The notes beneath the pieces are model-generated. The model did not search any database. It was not told the DNA's origin and saw only the letters and a list, made by a program, of their open reading frames with translations. Both the position numbers and the translations under genes were made by a program. Source: a virus. From it: a DNA stretch of 46,836 nt. The DNA lies in IMG/VR virus record IMGVR_UViG_3300027123_000194, positions 1 through 46,836 of that record. One strand, written 5' to 3'. Positions 37,163 through 45,024 of this stretch are shown in pieces. How positions within the stretch are numbered: the stretch's first letter is position 1; each line of letters opens with the position of its first letter.

Positions 37163-37816
37163 ATGAGCGCAGAATGGTTAACATTTAAATTTGAAACACT
37201 TAACGACACCCCTTGGAATGCTACTGTTTTATCCGTAGCATTCGTTGGCGGGAAATGGTCTGACCTTGGTGTTAATGCTGATGTTGAAAAACTTTTAAAA
37301 AATGGTGAAGAATACTTTTTTACCGTTAAAAATCAAAAAGAAACATATGGCAGGGTTTCTTCATCAGATACTATAGAATGGTGGAAGAAACAGCCAATAG
37401 AGGCCCAAAATAAGGTTTTCAAGCCTGAAAGTAAGATAGACCTTTCACAACTACCATACGTCTTTAATGACTATTGTGAAAAGATTGGCCTTAATGACAA
37501 AACGATGATAATGCTTAATGGAACAATATTTCATGCAACGCTTATGCAATCGCTGTATAAGACATTTAATGAAAAGATGCCGTATGAGTTTTGGAATATA
37601 CGTGATATACGAACCGCTCTTGATATCATATCGGGATCAACTAAATTATACGGCATAGACCAATATTGTAAAGAAAAATATCAATTGAACCGTTATGACG
37701 CACTACATGAGTGTATTAAAAACATGCTACAGGTTTCTTTTGTATTATGTGAAACTGGTAAAGATATTAAGAAAGACTATGAGAATTATGGCATAAGCTT
37801 GTATACGAAATGGTAA
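37163..37816 (+). CDS. DexA-like 3'-5' exonuclease homolog, apparently lacking catalytic residues
   Basis: overall pattern LTFKFET...SSDTIEWWKKQPIEAQNKVF...FWNIRDIRTALDI...YDALHECIKNM. Confidence 0.6.
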   Translation: MSAEWLTFKFETLNDTPWNATVLSVAFVGGKWSDLGVNADVEKLLKNGEEYFFTVKNQKETYGRVSSSDTIEWWKKQPIEAQNKVFKPESKIDLSQLPYVFNDYCEKIGLNDKTMIMLNGTIFHATLMQSLYKTFNEKMPYEFWNIRDIRTALDIISGSTKLYGIDQYCKEKYQLNRYDALHECIKNMLQVSFVLCETGKDIKKDYENYGISLYTKW

Positions 37817-37868
37817 AAAAAGGACGCTAAGCGTCCTTTTTTATTACAAACATAATATGTACTTTTTA

Positions 37869-38132
37869 TTAGCCCGGTACATAATCCAATAAAACACCCC
37901 TGCGAGCTTTTGCTTTAAAATATTTGTATGTTGGTTTGTCAATTTGAACGCCAGCATGATCAAAATACCAAAACTTAATTCTATTTCTGTCATTTATATT
38001 TTGTAAATGACGTATATAGAAGGGTTTATCAGCAGTAACGCCTGATGTATATTGGGTTTCCAAAGCTGGTTTATTTTTCATCGGAGCGTAAACAATGTTT
38101 TCGTCCAATGTAACTGCATCACTTAAACTCAT
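37869..38132 (-). CDS. hypothetical protein, 87 aa
   Basis: ORF on opposite strand within core region. Confidence 0.6.
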   Translation of the reverse strand: MSLSDAVTLDENIVYAPMKNKPALETQYTSGVTADKPFYIRHLQNINDRNRIKFWYFDHAGVQIDKPTYKYFKAKARRGVLLDYVPG

Positions 38133-38292
38133 AATAATCTCCGAAGTAAGTTTAAAATTATTTAGTTTTTCTGTTGTTTTGTTTAGTTTAAAAATAACTT
38201 GACATTTCTTTTAAAATAAGTTAAAATAGGGCATACAAGGAAAGTAATAAATATTACTGCTTATACACATAACTCAAATAAAGGAAATATAT

Positions 38293-39366
38293 ATGTCTAA
38301 AGATTTATTAGCACGTCTAAAAAGGAATACTAATATTCAACACGCCAATGTTTTGGCTGATTCTAACTTCTTCTTCAATAAAAAAACAACAATCACAGAT
38401 GTTCCAATTTTTAACTTGGCATGCTCCGGACACTTGAACAAAGGTTTTGGCGCTGGAATAACTATGTTTGCGGGGCCATCAAAACACTTTAAATCAAATT
38501 TTGGTCTTATGTTCGTCCGCTCGTTCCTCAATCAACATAAGGATGCAGTTTGCCTTTATTATGATTCTGAGTTTGGCTGTACACCTGAATATCTAAAATC
38601 TGCTGGTATAGACCCGGAACGTGTTTTGCACTTACCAATTACAAATATTGAAGATTTGAAGTTTGATATTGTAAAACAATTACAAGATATCAAAAAAGAA
38701 GAAAATGTTATAGTTTTCATTGACTCGGTGGGTAACTTAGCCTCCAAAAAGGAAGTTGAAGACGCTGTTAATGAAAAAGCGGTTGCCGATATGACTAGAG
38801 CAAAACAATTGAAATCATTATGGCGCATGGTTACACCCTATCTAACAATTAATGATATACCATGTATTGTTATCAACCACACATACGAAACACAAGAAAT
38901 GTTTTCGAAAACTGTTGTCAGTGGTGGTACTGGTGGTGTATACTCTTCAAATACAATTTTCATCATCACAAAAGCACAAGAAAAGGAAAATGATGAGGTT
39001 GCTGGTTATAAATTTACATTGGTTGCCGACAAATCCCGTGCCGTCAAGGAAAAGTCGAAGTTTCCAGTTGTTGTCACATATGAAAGGGGTATCAATAGAT
39101 GGTCTGGTTTGCTTGATATCGCCCTTGAAACTGGTCATGTAGTAAAACCGAAGGTTGGTTGGTATTCACGCCCTTGTGTTGAAGGTGATAAATCTTGGAG
39201 AGCAAAGGACACCAGCACCGCAGCGTTTTGGAAACCAATATTCGAAAATACCGATTTCAAAGAAGCATGCCATACCCGATACGCATTGGGTGAAGTAGAG
39301 TTGTTGCAACAAGACCCGGAAGATCAAGTTTCTAATATTAACCTTAGTGAGTTGGAAGAAGATTAA
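38293..39366 (+). CDS. uvsX: UvsX/RecA-like recombinase
   Basis: AGPSKHFKSNFGL Walker A, VIVFIDSVGNLASKKE, VINHTYETQEMF. Confidence 0.95.
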   Translation: MSKDLLARLKRNTNIQHANVLADSNFFFNKKTTITDVPIFNLACSGHLNKGFGAGITMFAGPSKHFKSNFGLMFVRSFLNQHKDAVCLYYDSEFGCTPEYLKSAGIDPERVLHLPITNIEDLKFDIVKQLQDIKKEENVIVFIDSVGNLASKKEVEDAVNEKAVADMTRAKQLKSLWRMVTPYLTINDIPCIVINHTYETQEMFSKTVVSGGTGGVYSSNTIFIITKAQEKENDEVAGYKFTLVADKSRAVKEKSKFPVVVTYERGINRWSGLLDIALETGHVVKPKVGWYSRPCVEGDKSWRAKDTSTAAFWKPIFENTDFKEACHTRYALGEVELLQQDPEDQVSNINLSELEED

Positions 39367-39389
39367 TCTTCTTCCCAAAGGGGAATAAA

Positions 39390-39704
39390 ATGAAAAATAT
39401 CCTTCAAGTAAATTACGCAATTTTAAACGATAATATACCATCATACAAAATAGTTGATTCCAAAAAAGAATCAGAAGAAAATAAAAAGTTACTATCATTT
39501 AATGCAATAATATTAGAAGGGCAATTTAAAGATACAATCATAAACTTTTTGAAAGTATCTTATAAGAAAAGTCATGTTGATTTTAGAACTTTTTATGAAA
39601 ACATTTATTATAATGGCATAAAAACAACAGAAGATCAGTATGAAGCCCAATTAAATGTATTAAGTAGTAACATTGCGCTTCGAGAACTATCAAAAACGTC
39701 ATAA
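39390..39704 (+). CDS. hypothetical protein, 104 aa, in the position of T4 gene 40
   Basis: ORF between uvsX and 41. Confidence 0.65.
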   Translation: MKNILQVNYAILNDNIPSYKIVDSKKESEENKKLLSFNAIILEGQFKDTIINFLKVSYKKSHVDFRTFYENIYYNGIKTTEDQYEAQLNVLSSNIALRELSKTS

Positions 39705-39719
39705 AAATCTGAAAACAAC

Positions 39720-39748
39720 CTTGACTATATGGTTACAGTTTGTTACAA
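39720..39748 (+). promoter_or_regulatory. sigma70-like promoter for gene 41
   Basis: TTGACT-17-TACAAT. Confidence 0.65.
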
Positions 39749-39803
39749 TGTGCTCATGGATAGGGCACATTGTAGCACTAGGAAAATATATAAAGGATTA
39801 AAA

Positions 39804-41252
39804 ATGAGTTCATCAACAGAAACCCTTATTTTATCTGGACTTCTTCACGTACCAGATTATCAAATAAAAGTTTTACCATATATAAAAAACGATGTGTTTG
39901 AAAGCGCCGATGCTTCAACCATATTCAAAATGTCAAAAGATTTTTTTGACCAATATAATAGAATACCTACCAAAGAAGCTTTAGAAATTGAGCTTGAAAA
40001 GGCAAATGGTTTGCCAGAGCTAACATACAAAGAATCACAAAAACTCATAGATAAACTATTTTCTGATAGTGTTCAATCAGGTATTAAACGCCAAAATATT
40101 GATTGGATGATTAACACCACCGAAAAATATGTTGTTAATCGTGCCTGCGAATTAGCAGTATTGGACGCATATTCTATTGTGTCTGGTGAAAACAAAAAAC
40201 AAACCCTTGAATCAATACCTGATATGTTAAAAGAAGCAGTTAGTATATCTTTTGACACTGATATTGGTCATGATTATATGGAAGATTTTGAAAAGCGTTA
40301 TGATTTCTATCATGATGTCCAATCAAGAATACCATTTGGTTTGACAATGCTTAATCATATAACTAAGGGAGGCGTTCCTAGAAAATCGTTAATTGTTCCA
40401 GTTGCACCAACAGGTGTTGGTAAATCATTATTTTTGACTGACTGGACTTCTTATCTTCTTACCGAAGGTTATAATGTTTTGTACGTCACCTTGGAAATGG
40501 CGGAAGAACGTATCGCTGAGCGTATGGACGCAAAGTTGATGAACCTTAATATAGAAGAATTATCAACCATTTCAAAGGAAGTTTTTTCAACAAAAATAAA
40601 CAAGTTGAAGTCTAAACGCCTTGGAAAAATTATCGTTAAAGAATACCCAACTGGTACATTTAATGCCAATCACTTGAGACATTTATTACAGGAGTTGGCT
40701 GTTAAGAAAAAGTTCAAACCTGATGTTATAATGGTCGATTATTTGAACTTGGTTGCCAGTTATCGTATACCTATGGGTTCTAGTAGTTACGCTTATGTTA
40801 AGGCTGTTGCCGAAGAACTACGTAGTGTTGCAATGCAATTTAATTGTGTTGTTTGTGCTCCAACACAAACAAACCGTAACGGCCAAAATGCGTCAGATTT
40901 TGAATTGAATGAGGTTTCTGATTCTCATGGAGTTTCAATGACAGCAGACTTAATGTTTGGTTTTATATCATTGCCGGAGTTAGAACAACTTGGTCATATG
41001 AAAATAAAACAGTTGAAAAATCGCTATGGTAATTTGTTTGCCCCGAATACATTCTTGGTGGGTGTTGAAAGACCAAAAATGACATTATTTGATGTTGATA
41101 CAGTACAAAAAATGGTGATGAATAATATTGTTTCAACACCTTCATCTAAACCAGAAGAAAGTGTCGAGATACATGATGATGAAGAATTGTCATTTGGCAA
41201 AAAACCAGTTAAAAAACAAAAACTTCAATTCGGAGTTGACGACGATGAATGA
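39804..41252 (+). CDS. 41: replicative DNA helicase (T4 gp41-like, DnaB family)
   Basis: VAPTGVGKSLFLTDW, VIMVDYLNL, NRYG; LHVPDYQIKVLPYI N-terminus. Confidence 0.95.
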   Translation: MSSSTETLILSGLLHVPDYQIKVLPYIKNDVFESADASTIFKMSKDFFDQYNRIPTKEALEIELEKANGLPELTYKESQKLIDKLFSDSVQSGIKRQNIDWMINTTEKYVVNRACELAVLDAYSIVSGENKKQTLESIPDMLKEAVSISFDTDIGHDYMEDFEKRYDFYHDVQSRIPFGLTMLNHITKGGVPRKSLIVPVAPTGVGKSLFLTDWTSYLLTEGYNVLYVTLEMAEERIAERMDAKLMNLNIEELSTISKEVFSTKINKLKSKRLGKIIVKEYPTGTFNANHLRHLLQELAVKKKFKPDVIMVDYLNLVASYRIPMGSSSYAYVKAVAEELRSVAMQFNCVVCAPTQTNRNGQNASDFELNEVSDSHGVSMTADLMFGFISLPELEQLGHMKIKQLKNRYGNLFAPNTFLVGVERPKMTLFDVDTVQKMVMNNIVSTPSSKPEESVEIHDDEELSFGKKPVKKQKLQFGVDDDE

Positions 41253-42285
41253 ACACATAAAACACCTTGAAGAACCATTATATTATGGAGATTTTACAAA
41301 CACAAATCTAAACTTCTTGGACATGGTTTATTCGCCAAAGTTTTCTATAAAGATAGATGGAAGCCCATCTATCTTTTTTGGCTGCGTGGATGATAAGTTT
41401 TTCATAGCCACAAAATCTATATTCAATAAAAATAGAAAAATGTTTTTCTCTATTGACGAAATATATCAAAATACACAAGATGAAGAGTTGGCAGAAAAAT
41501 TAAAAACTTGTTTTTTATCAATTGAAGGTGATTTCAAAAACAACTTAATATATCAGGCAGACTTAATATCTTGGAATAAAAATGAAAATAACATATATCA
41601 ACCAAATGTTTTAAAATATAAATTGAACACTGATTCTATTGTTAATTTTTCAATACACACAACATACTATGACCTTAATTTTGTAGAGCGTCAATACTTT
41701 GATGATGTTAAACATGAATCAAACCATAACAATACTGTAGAGGTAGACCAAGAACTTTTTACTAAAATGTTGTTGAAATACCAAGAATGGCAAGAATATA
41801 AAAATGAAATTATAAGTTTTTTTAACACTGATATGATTCAACAAATACAATTTCTGTCAACAAAGTCTTTGCCTCTTGAGCGTTATTTTAATAATTGTAT
41901 ACGTACCAACATAACACCATCAGCAAAAACATTTTCGGAATGGTTTGAAGAAAAACATCAGAACTTTTTTGAAGTAAAGGGAACTCCAGAATATAAAAAG
42001 TTTCTTGAAACATCAAAGAATATATACAATGCGGATTGGTTTCATAATTACATTGAGTTTTATAATTTTACGGTGATATGTAAAAACAGTTTAATAAAAG
42101 TAATTGATGATTATGTTTCTGAATACAACACAACACATATAAATCATGTGGCAAACTTTGAAATAATGAATGTCAACAATTGTCATGAAGGTTATGTTTT
42201 TTCTACACCATGTAGAAAAATAAAAATGGTAAACCGCTCAGAGTTTAGCTATCATAATTTTTTAAGTCACGGGATGAAAAAATGA
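41245..42285 (+). CDS. putative nucleotidyltransferase/ligase-superfamily protein
   Basis: KFSIKIDGSPSIFFG (KxDG), HEGYVFSTPCRKIKMVNR (EG...KxV). Confidence 0.6.
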   Translation: MNEHIKHLEEPLYYGDFTNTNLNFLDMVYSPKFSIKIDGSPSIFFGCVDDKFFIATKSIFNKNRKMFFSIDEIYQNTQDEELAEKLKTCFLSIEGDFKNNLIYQADLISWNKNENNIYQPNVLKYKLNTDSIVNFSIHTTYYDLNFVERQYFDDVKHESNHNNTVEVDQELFTKMLLKYQEWQEYKNEIISFFNTDMIQQIQFLSTKSLPLERYFNNCIRTNITPSAKTFSEWFEEKHQNFFEVKGTPEYKKFLETSKNIYNADWFHNYIEFYNFTVICKNSLIKVIDDYVSEYNTTHINHVANFEIMNVNNCHEGYVFSTPCRKIKMVNRSEFSYHNFLSHGMKK

Positions 42286-43064
42286 CTAAAAAAAGCGATC
42301 AATTTGAGTTATCAATCGTAAACAGCACAAAATATTATGCCCCTAACTTAATGGTAACACATACCGGGGGCAACGTTCATCTTTCTGATATACAAATATC
42401 AAATGGGAATGATAATACACACATAGAAGTTAAAATGTCGGGCGCTCAATTCGGAACACCAAGACTAAAATATGAAAACAGCACATGGTCAGGTATTGAG
42501 TGTAATTATATCACCGATAATATCTCAAAAATGTTAAACGAAAGCAATCATGTTGATAGTTTAGTTAATATGATGGTTGATGAAACAGAAAAGAAATATA
42601 CACCAAAAGGAAACCCTTGGATTGGATATAAGCGAACACATTATCGTGACCATCGTGAATACCATTCTGGTTCTTCTGTAGAAACCGAAAATATTGATGG
42701 AATGTTGTGTTATGATTCTATACAACATGTTTTGAAAAACATAAATGAAAATCAAACTATTTTATGGAATGAGGATTCCACGGAACTCAATAAAATAATA
42801 ACCAAATATTATATTGATAAAGGTGCAAATTATATTCAAGTCGGTGACAATTTTTATGCGTTGAATGAAGATACATCCGAGGCATTTGGTATAAAGGATG
42901 ATATACCTTTTATGCAAGGAGATTCTTATTTGACCGTTAGGTTTAGTTTTCGCAAAACCCATAAATGGATTGAAATAATACCAACATTGAAATATAAATC
43001 TATGAACGAATCAAAATACAGTTTAAAACCGAACACGAAAAAAGAATCACCATTTAAAGAGTAA
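42282..43064 (+). CDS. hypothetical protein, possible PD-(D/E)XK-type nuclease
   Basis: HIEVKMSGAQFGTPRLKYE; ANYIQVGDNFYAL; translationally coupled to KxDG gene. Confidence 0.4.
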   Translation: MTKKSDQFELSIVNSTKYYAPNLMVTHTGGNVHLSDIQISNGNDNTHIEVKMSGAQFGTPRLKYENSTWSGIECNYITDNISKMLNESNHVDSLVNMMVDETEKKYTPKGNPWIGYKRTHYRDHREYHSGSSVETENIDGMLCYDSIQHVLKNINENQTILWNEDSTELNKIITKYYIDKGANYIQVGDNFYALNEDTSEAFGIKDDIPFMQGDSYLTVRFSFRKTHKWIEIIPTLKYKSMNESKYSLKPNTKKESPFKE

Positions 43065-43067
43065 ATT

Positions 43068-43266
43068 ATGAATATAGAAAAATTATCAATTCACAATATG
43101 TGTACTTGTGAGTGCCATATAAAAGGAAAAAAACATTAAACATTGTTTTCCTTGCTGCGAAAGAACATATGTAAAATACCTTATAGAAGACCAAGATGGT
43201 AATGTGTCGTTTGATCCTGAAACCACAATTGATTTTGTAAATATTAATGGTGAAAAGTTGAGATAA
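43068..43266 (+). pseudogene. frameshifted CxCECH...CCE family gene
   Basis: ORF stops at 43139; after A7 run (43127-43133) +1 frame continues to 43266 with similarity to 43276 ORF. Confidence 0.6.
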
Positions 43267-43275
43267 GGATAATAT

Positions 43276-43500
43276 ATGTGCAAAATATGCTTATGCGAAT
43301 GTCACATGAAAGATAGTTTATCATTCAATCATGAAAATTATCAGTGTTGTGAAAAACAAGGATTAAAATATCTTTACGAATCATCAAGCGGTGAAATAAG
43401 CATAGAGTACATAATATACTACCCTATAAAAGACAAATATTTTTTGACATATGGGGTTGACAAACGAATAATTGGAGACTATAATGAAGGCCACAATTGA
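43276..43500 (+). CDS. CxCECH...CCE family small protein
   Basis: MCKICLCECHMKDSLSFNHENYQCCEKQGLKYLYESSSG... Confidence 0.65.
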   Translation: MCKICLCECHMKDSLSFNHENYQCCEKQGLKYLYESSSGEISIEYIIYYPIKDKYFLTYGVDKRIIGDYNEGHN

Positions 43501-43666
43501 AGAATGTGTGATCACAACTGACAGTGTTGTTATAAAGACTCGTGTTGTAGGAGACATTCATTCTGGAACGGGTATGTTGCCAGAAGAAAAATACATTATC
43601 GAAAAATACATTGTTGTCAATAACAAGCTACATCTAGACAATGTTTTCGAAGAAAGCGTTTTTTAA
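43472..43666 (+). CDS. hypothetical protein, 64 aa
   Basis: ORF. Confidence 0.55.
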   Translation: METIMKATIEECVITTDSVVIKTRVVGDIHSGTGMLPEEKYIIEKYIVVNNKLHLDNVFEESVF

Positions 43667-43688
43667 TGAAAAAAGTTTAAAAAAGTGC

Positions 43689-43717
43689 TTGACAAGCTGT
43701 AAAAAACACTATATAAT
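43689..43717 (+). promoter_or_regulatory. strong sigma70-like promoter before tRNA region
   Basis: TTGACA-17-TATAAT followed by GTCAAGACGAC. Confidence 0.9.
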
Positions 43718-43765
43718 AGTAAGCATGTCAAGACGACATACAAGATTTTAATAAAGGTAATAGAA

Positions 43766-43870
43766 ATGTCAAAGTTCAACTCAGGTTCGCATTCCAGTCA
43801 TCACGGCGCAGGGTCATGTGCATGGGCGGGCTTTGTCATGGCTTTTTGTGAGAATAAAGAAACTGTATAA
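43766..43870 (+). CDS. 34-aa peptide MSKFNSGSHSSHHGAGSCAWAGFVMAFCENKETV
   Basis: AAGGT RBS-like sequence, own promoter, own terminator. Confidence 0.6.
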   Translation: MSKFNSGSHSSHHGAGSCAWAGFVMAFCENKETV

Positions 43871-43884
43871 TGTTTCCTGAATCA

Positions 43885-43913
43885 CAAAAAGCCACTTTAA
43901 AGTGGCTTTTTTA
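43885..43913 (+). terminator. rho-independent terminator
   Basis: AAAAAGCCACTTTAAAGTGGCTTTTTT. Confidence 0.9.
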
Positions 43914-43928
43914 TTGTCTGTAATAAAT

Positions 43929-43999
43929 GCGGGGTTAGTTTAGCGGTAAAATAGGTGGTTGCCATCCATCAGACGGGAGTTCAATTCTCCCACCCCGCA
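43929..43999 (+). tRNA. tRNA-Gly(GCC)
   Basis: loop TTGCCAT; acceptor GCGGGGT/ACCCCGC. Confidence 0.92.
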
Positions 44000-44015
44000 C
44001 CGAGTTTTATGTGAT

Positions 44016-44092
44016 GGTGTTGTTAGCTCAATCGGTAGAGTCCATGATTGTGAGTCATGTGGGTGTCGGTTCAAATCCGACACAACACCCCA
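44016..44092 (+). tRNA. tRNA-His(GTG), CCA encoded
   Basis: loop TTGTGAG, G-1:C73 8-bp acceptor GGTGTTGT/ACAACACC. Confidence 0.95.
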
Positions 44093-44152
44093 ATAACACA
44101 AAATTACAGTTGTCTTGTTGACAAAGTTGAATGATGTGTTATAATATGTTAT

Positions 44153-44226
44153 GTCTTGTTGGCCGAGTGGCGAGGCGAACGGCTGCAACCCGTTCCACAG
44201 GGGTTCAAATCCTCTACAAGACTCCA
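44153..44226 (+). tRNA. tRNA-Cys(GCA), CCA encoded
   Basis: loop CTGCAAC, acceptor GTCTTGT/ACAAGAC, U73. Confidence 0.92.
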
Positions 44227-44247
44227 ACACAATAATAGGAGACACTA

Positions 44248-44433
44248 ATGCGTATAGTCGTTACTATAAGAGAGTTGATGGATTATGGTGTCTGGGATGA
44301 CTATTGTGAAAAAGTTGGTTGGGATGTATGGTGTGTAAAAAATGGCCGTGCAGATTCCTCCGAAGAAGTTTCACTTGATAAAGAAACAGCTATGCAATAT
44401 GGTTTTATTGAAAGACCATGTTATTATAGATAA
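44248..44433 (+). CDS. small hypothetical protein, 61 aa, inside tRNA cluster
   Basis: MRIVVTIRELMDYGVWDDYCEKVGWDVWCVKNGRADSSEEVSLDKETAMQYGFIE. Confidence 0.7.
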   Translation: MRIVVTIRELMDYGVWDDYCEKVGWDVWCVKNGRADSSEEVSLDKETAMQYGFIERPCYYR

Positions 44434-44442
44434 AGAGATGAT

Positions 44443-44514
44443 GCGGTAGTAGTTTAATGGCAAAATGGTTGATTTCCGATCCATCAGTTGTGGGTTCGAT
44501 TCCCACTTACCGCT
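44443..44514 (+). tRNA. tRNA-Gly(TCC), anticodon stem imperfect
   Basis: acceptor GCGGTAG/TTACCGC, loop TTTCCGA, stem GTTGA/TCCAT with one mismatch. Confidence 0.75.
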
Positions 44515-44516
44515 CC

Positions 44517-44591
44517 GGTGACGTTATTCTAATCGGTTAAGAACCTTGATTGTGAGTCAAGTTTATGTCAGTTCGAGGCTGACACGTCACA
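44517..44591 (+). tRNA. second tRNA-His(GTG), A73
   Basis: G-1 + GTGACGT/ACGTCAC, loop TTGTGAG. Confidence 0.85.
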
Positions 44592-44641
44592 CCGAAAACA
44601 TGTTGACAACCATGAAAAAATGTAGTAAAATGTTTCAAATT

Positions 44642-44715
44642 GGGGTTTTAGTATAATGGGATTATAGCTGCCTTGCACGCAGTTGATTGGGGTTCGATCC
44701 CCCAAAGCTCCACCA
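44642..44715 (+). tRNA. tRNA-Ala(TGC), G3:U70, CCA encoded
   Basis: GGGGTTT/AAGCTCC, loop CTTGCAC. Confidence 0.92.
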
Positions 44716-44724
44716 AAATAAAAG

Positions 44725-44798
44725 GCGGGTATGGTATATTGTCTGTGCCTCGGTCTTCCAAACCGAAGAGATGGGTTAGATTCCCATTACCCGCTCCA
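44725..44798 (+). tRNA. tRNA-Gly(TCC), atypical D and T loops, CCA encoded
   Basis: GCGGGTA/TACCCGC, TCGGT-CTTCCAA-ACCGA, T-loop TTAGATT, no GG in D-loop. Confidence 0.85.
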
Positions 44799-44863
44799 AA
44801 GAATTGAGGTTATGCCTCTGTGGCGGTAGGAGAATCCCCACGTAAAAAACTTAAACTCCTTGA

Positions 44864-44935
44864 GGGTATGTGGTAAAGAGGGATTACACGGTGCCGAAAG
44901 GTTCCGGGTCGTTGGTTCGATTCCAACCATACCCA
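44864..44935 (+). tRNA. aberrant tRNA-like gene, nominal anticodon GAA in a non-canonical arm, CCA encoded at 44936-44938
   Basis: GGGTATG/CATACCC, D stem GTAA/TTAC, T arm GTTGG-TTCGATT-CCAAC; anticodon region CGGTGCC-GAAA-GGTTCCG. Confidence 0.6.
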
Positions 44936-44946
44936 CCATTTATTTT

Positions 44947-45022
44947 GGGGCTAGGCGCTGCTAGGAGTGGCGACCGCACTTGCAATGCGGCTATCAGGTG
45001 GGTTCGATGCCCACTAGCTCCA
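44947..45022 (+). tRNA. tRNA-Ala(TGC) copy 2, G3:U70
   Basis: GGGGCTA/TAGCTCC, CCGCA-CTTGCAA-TGCGG. Confidence 0.9.
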
Positions 45023-45024
45023 CC

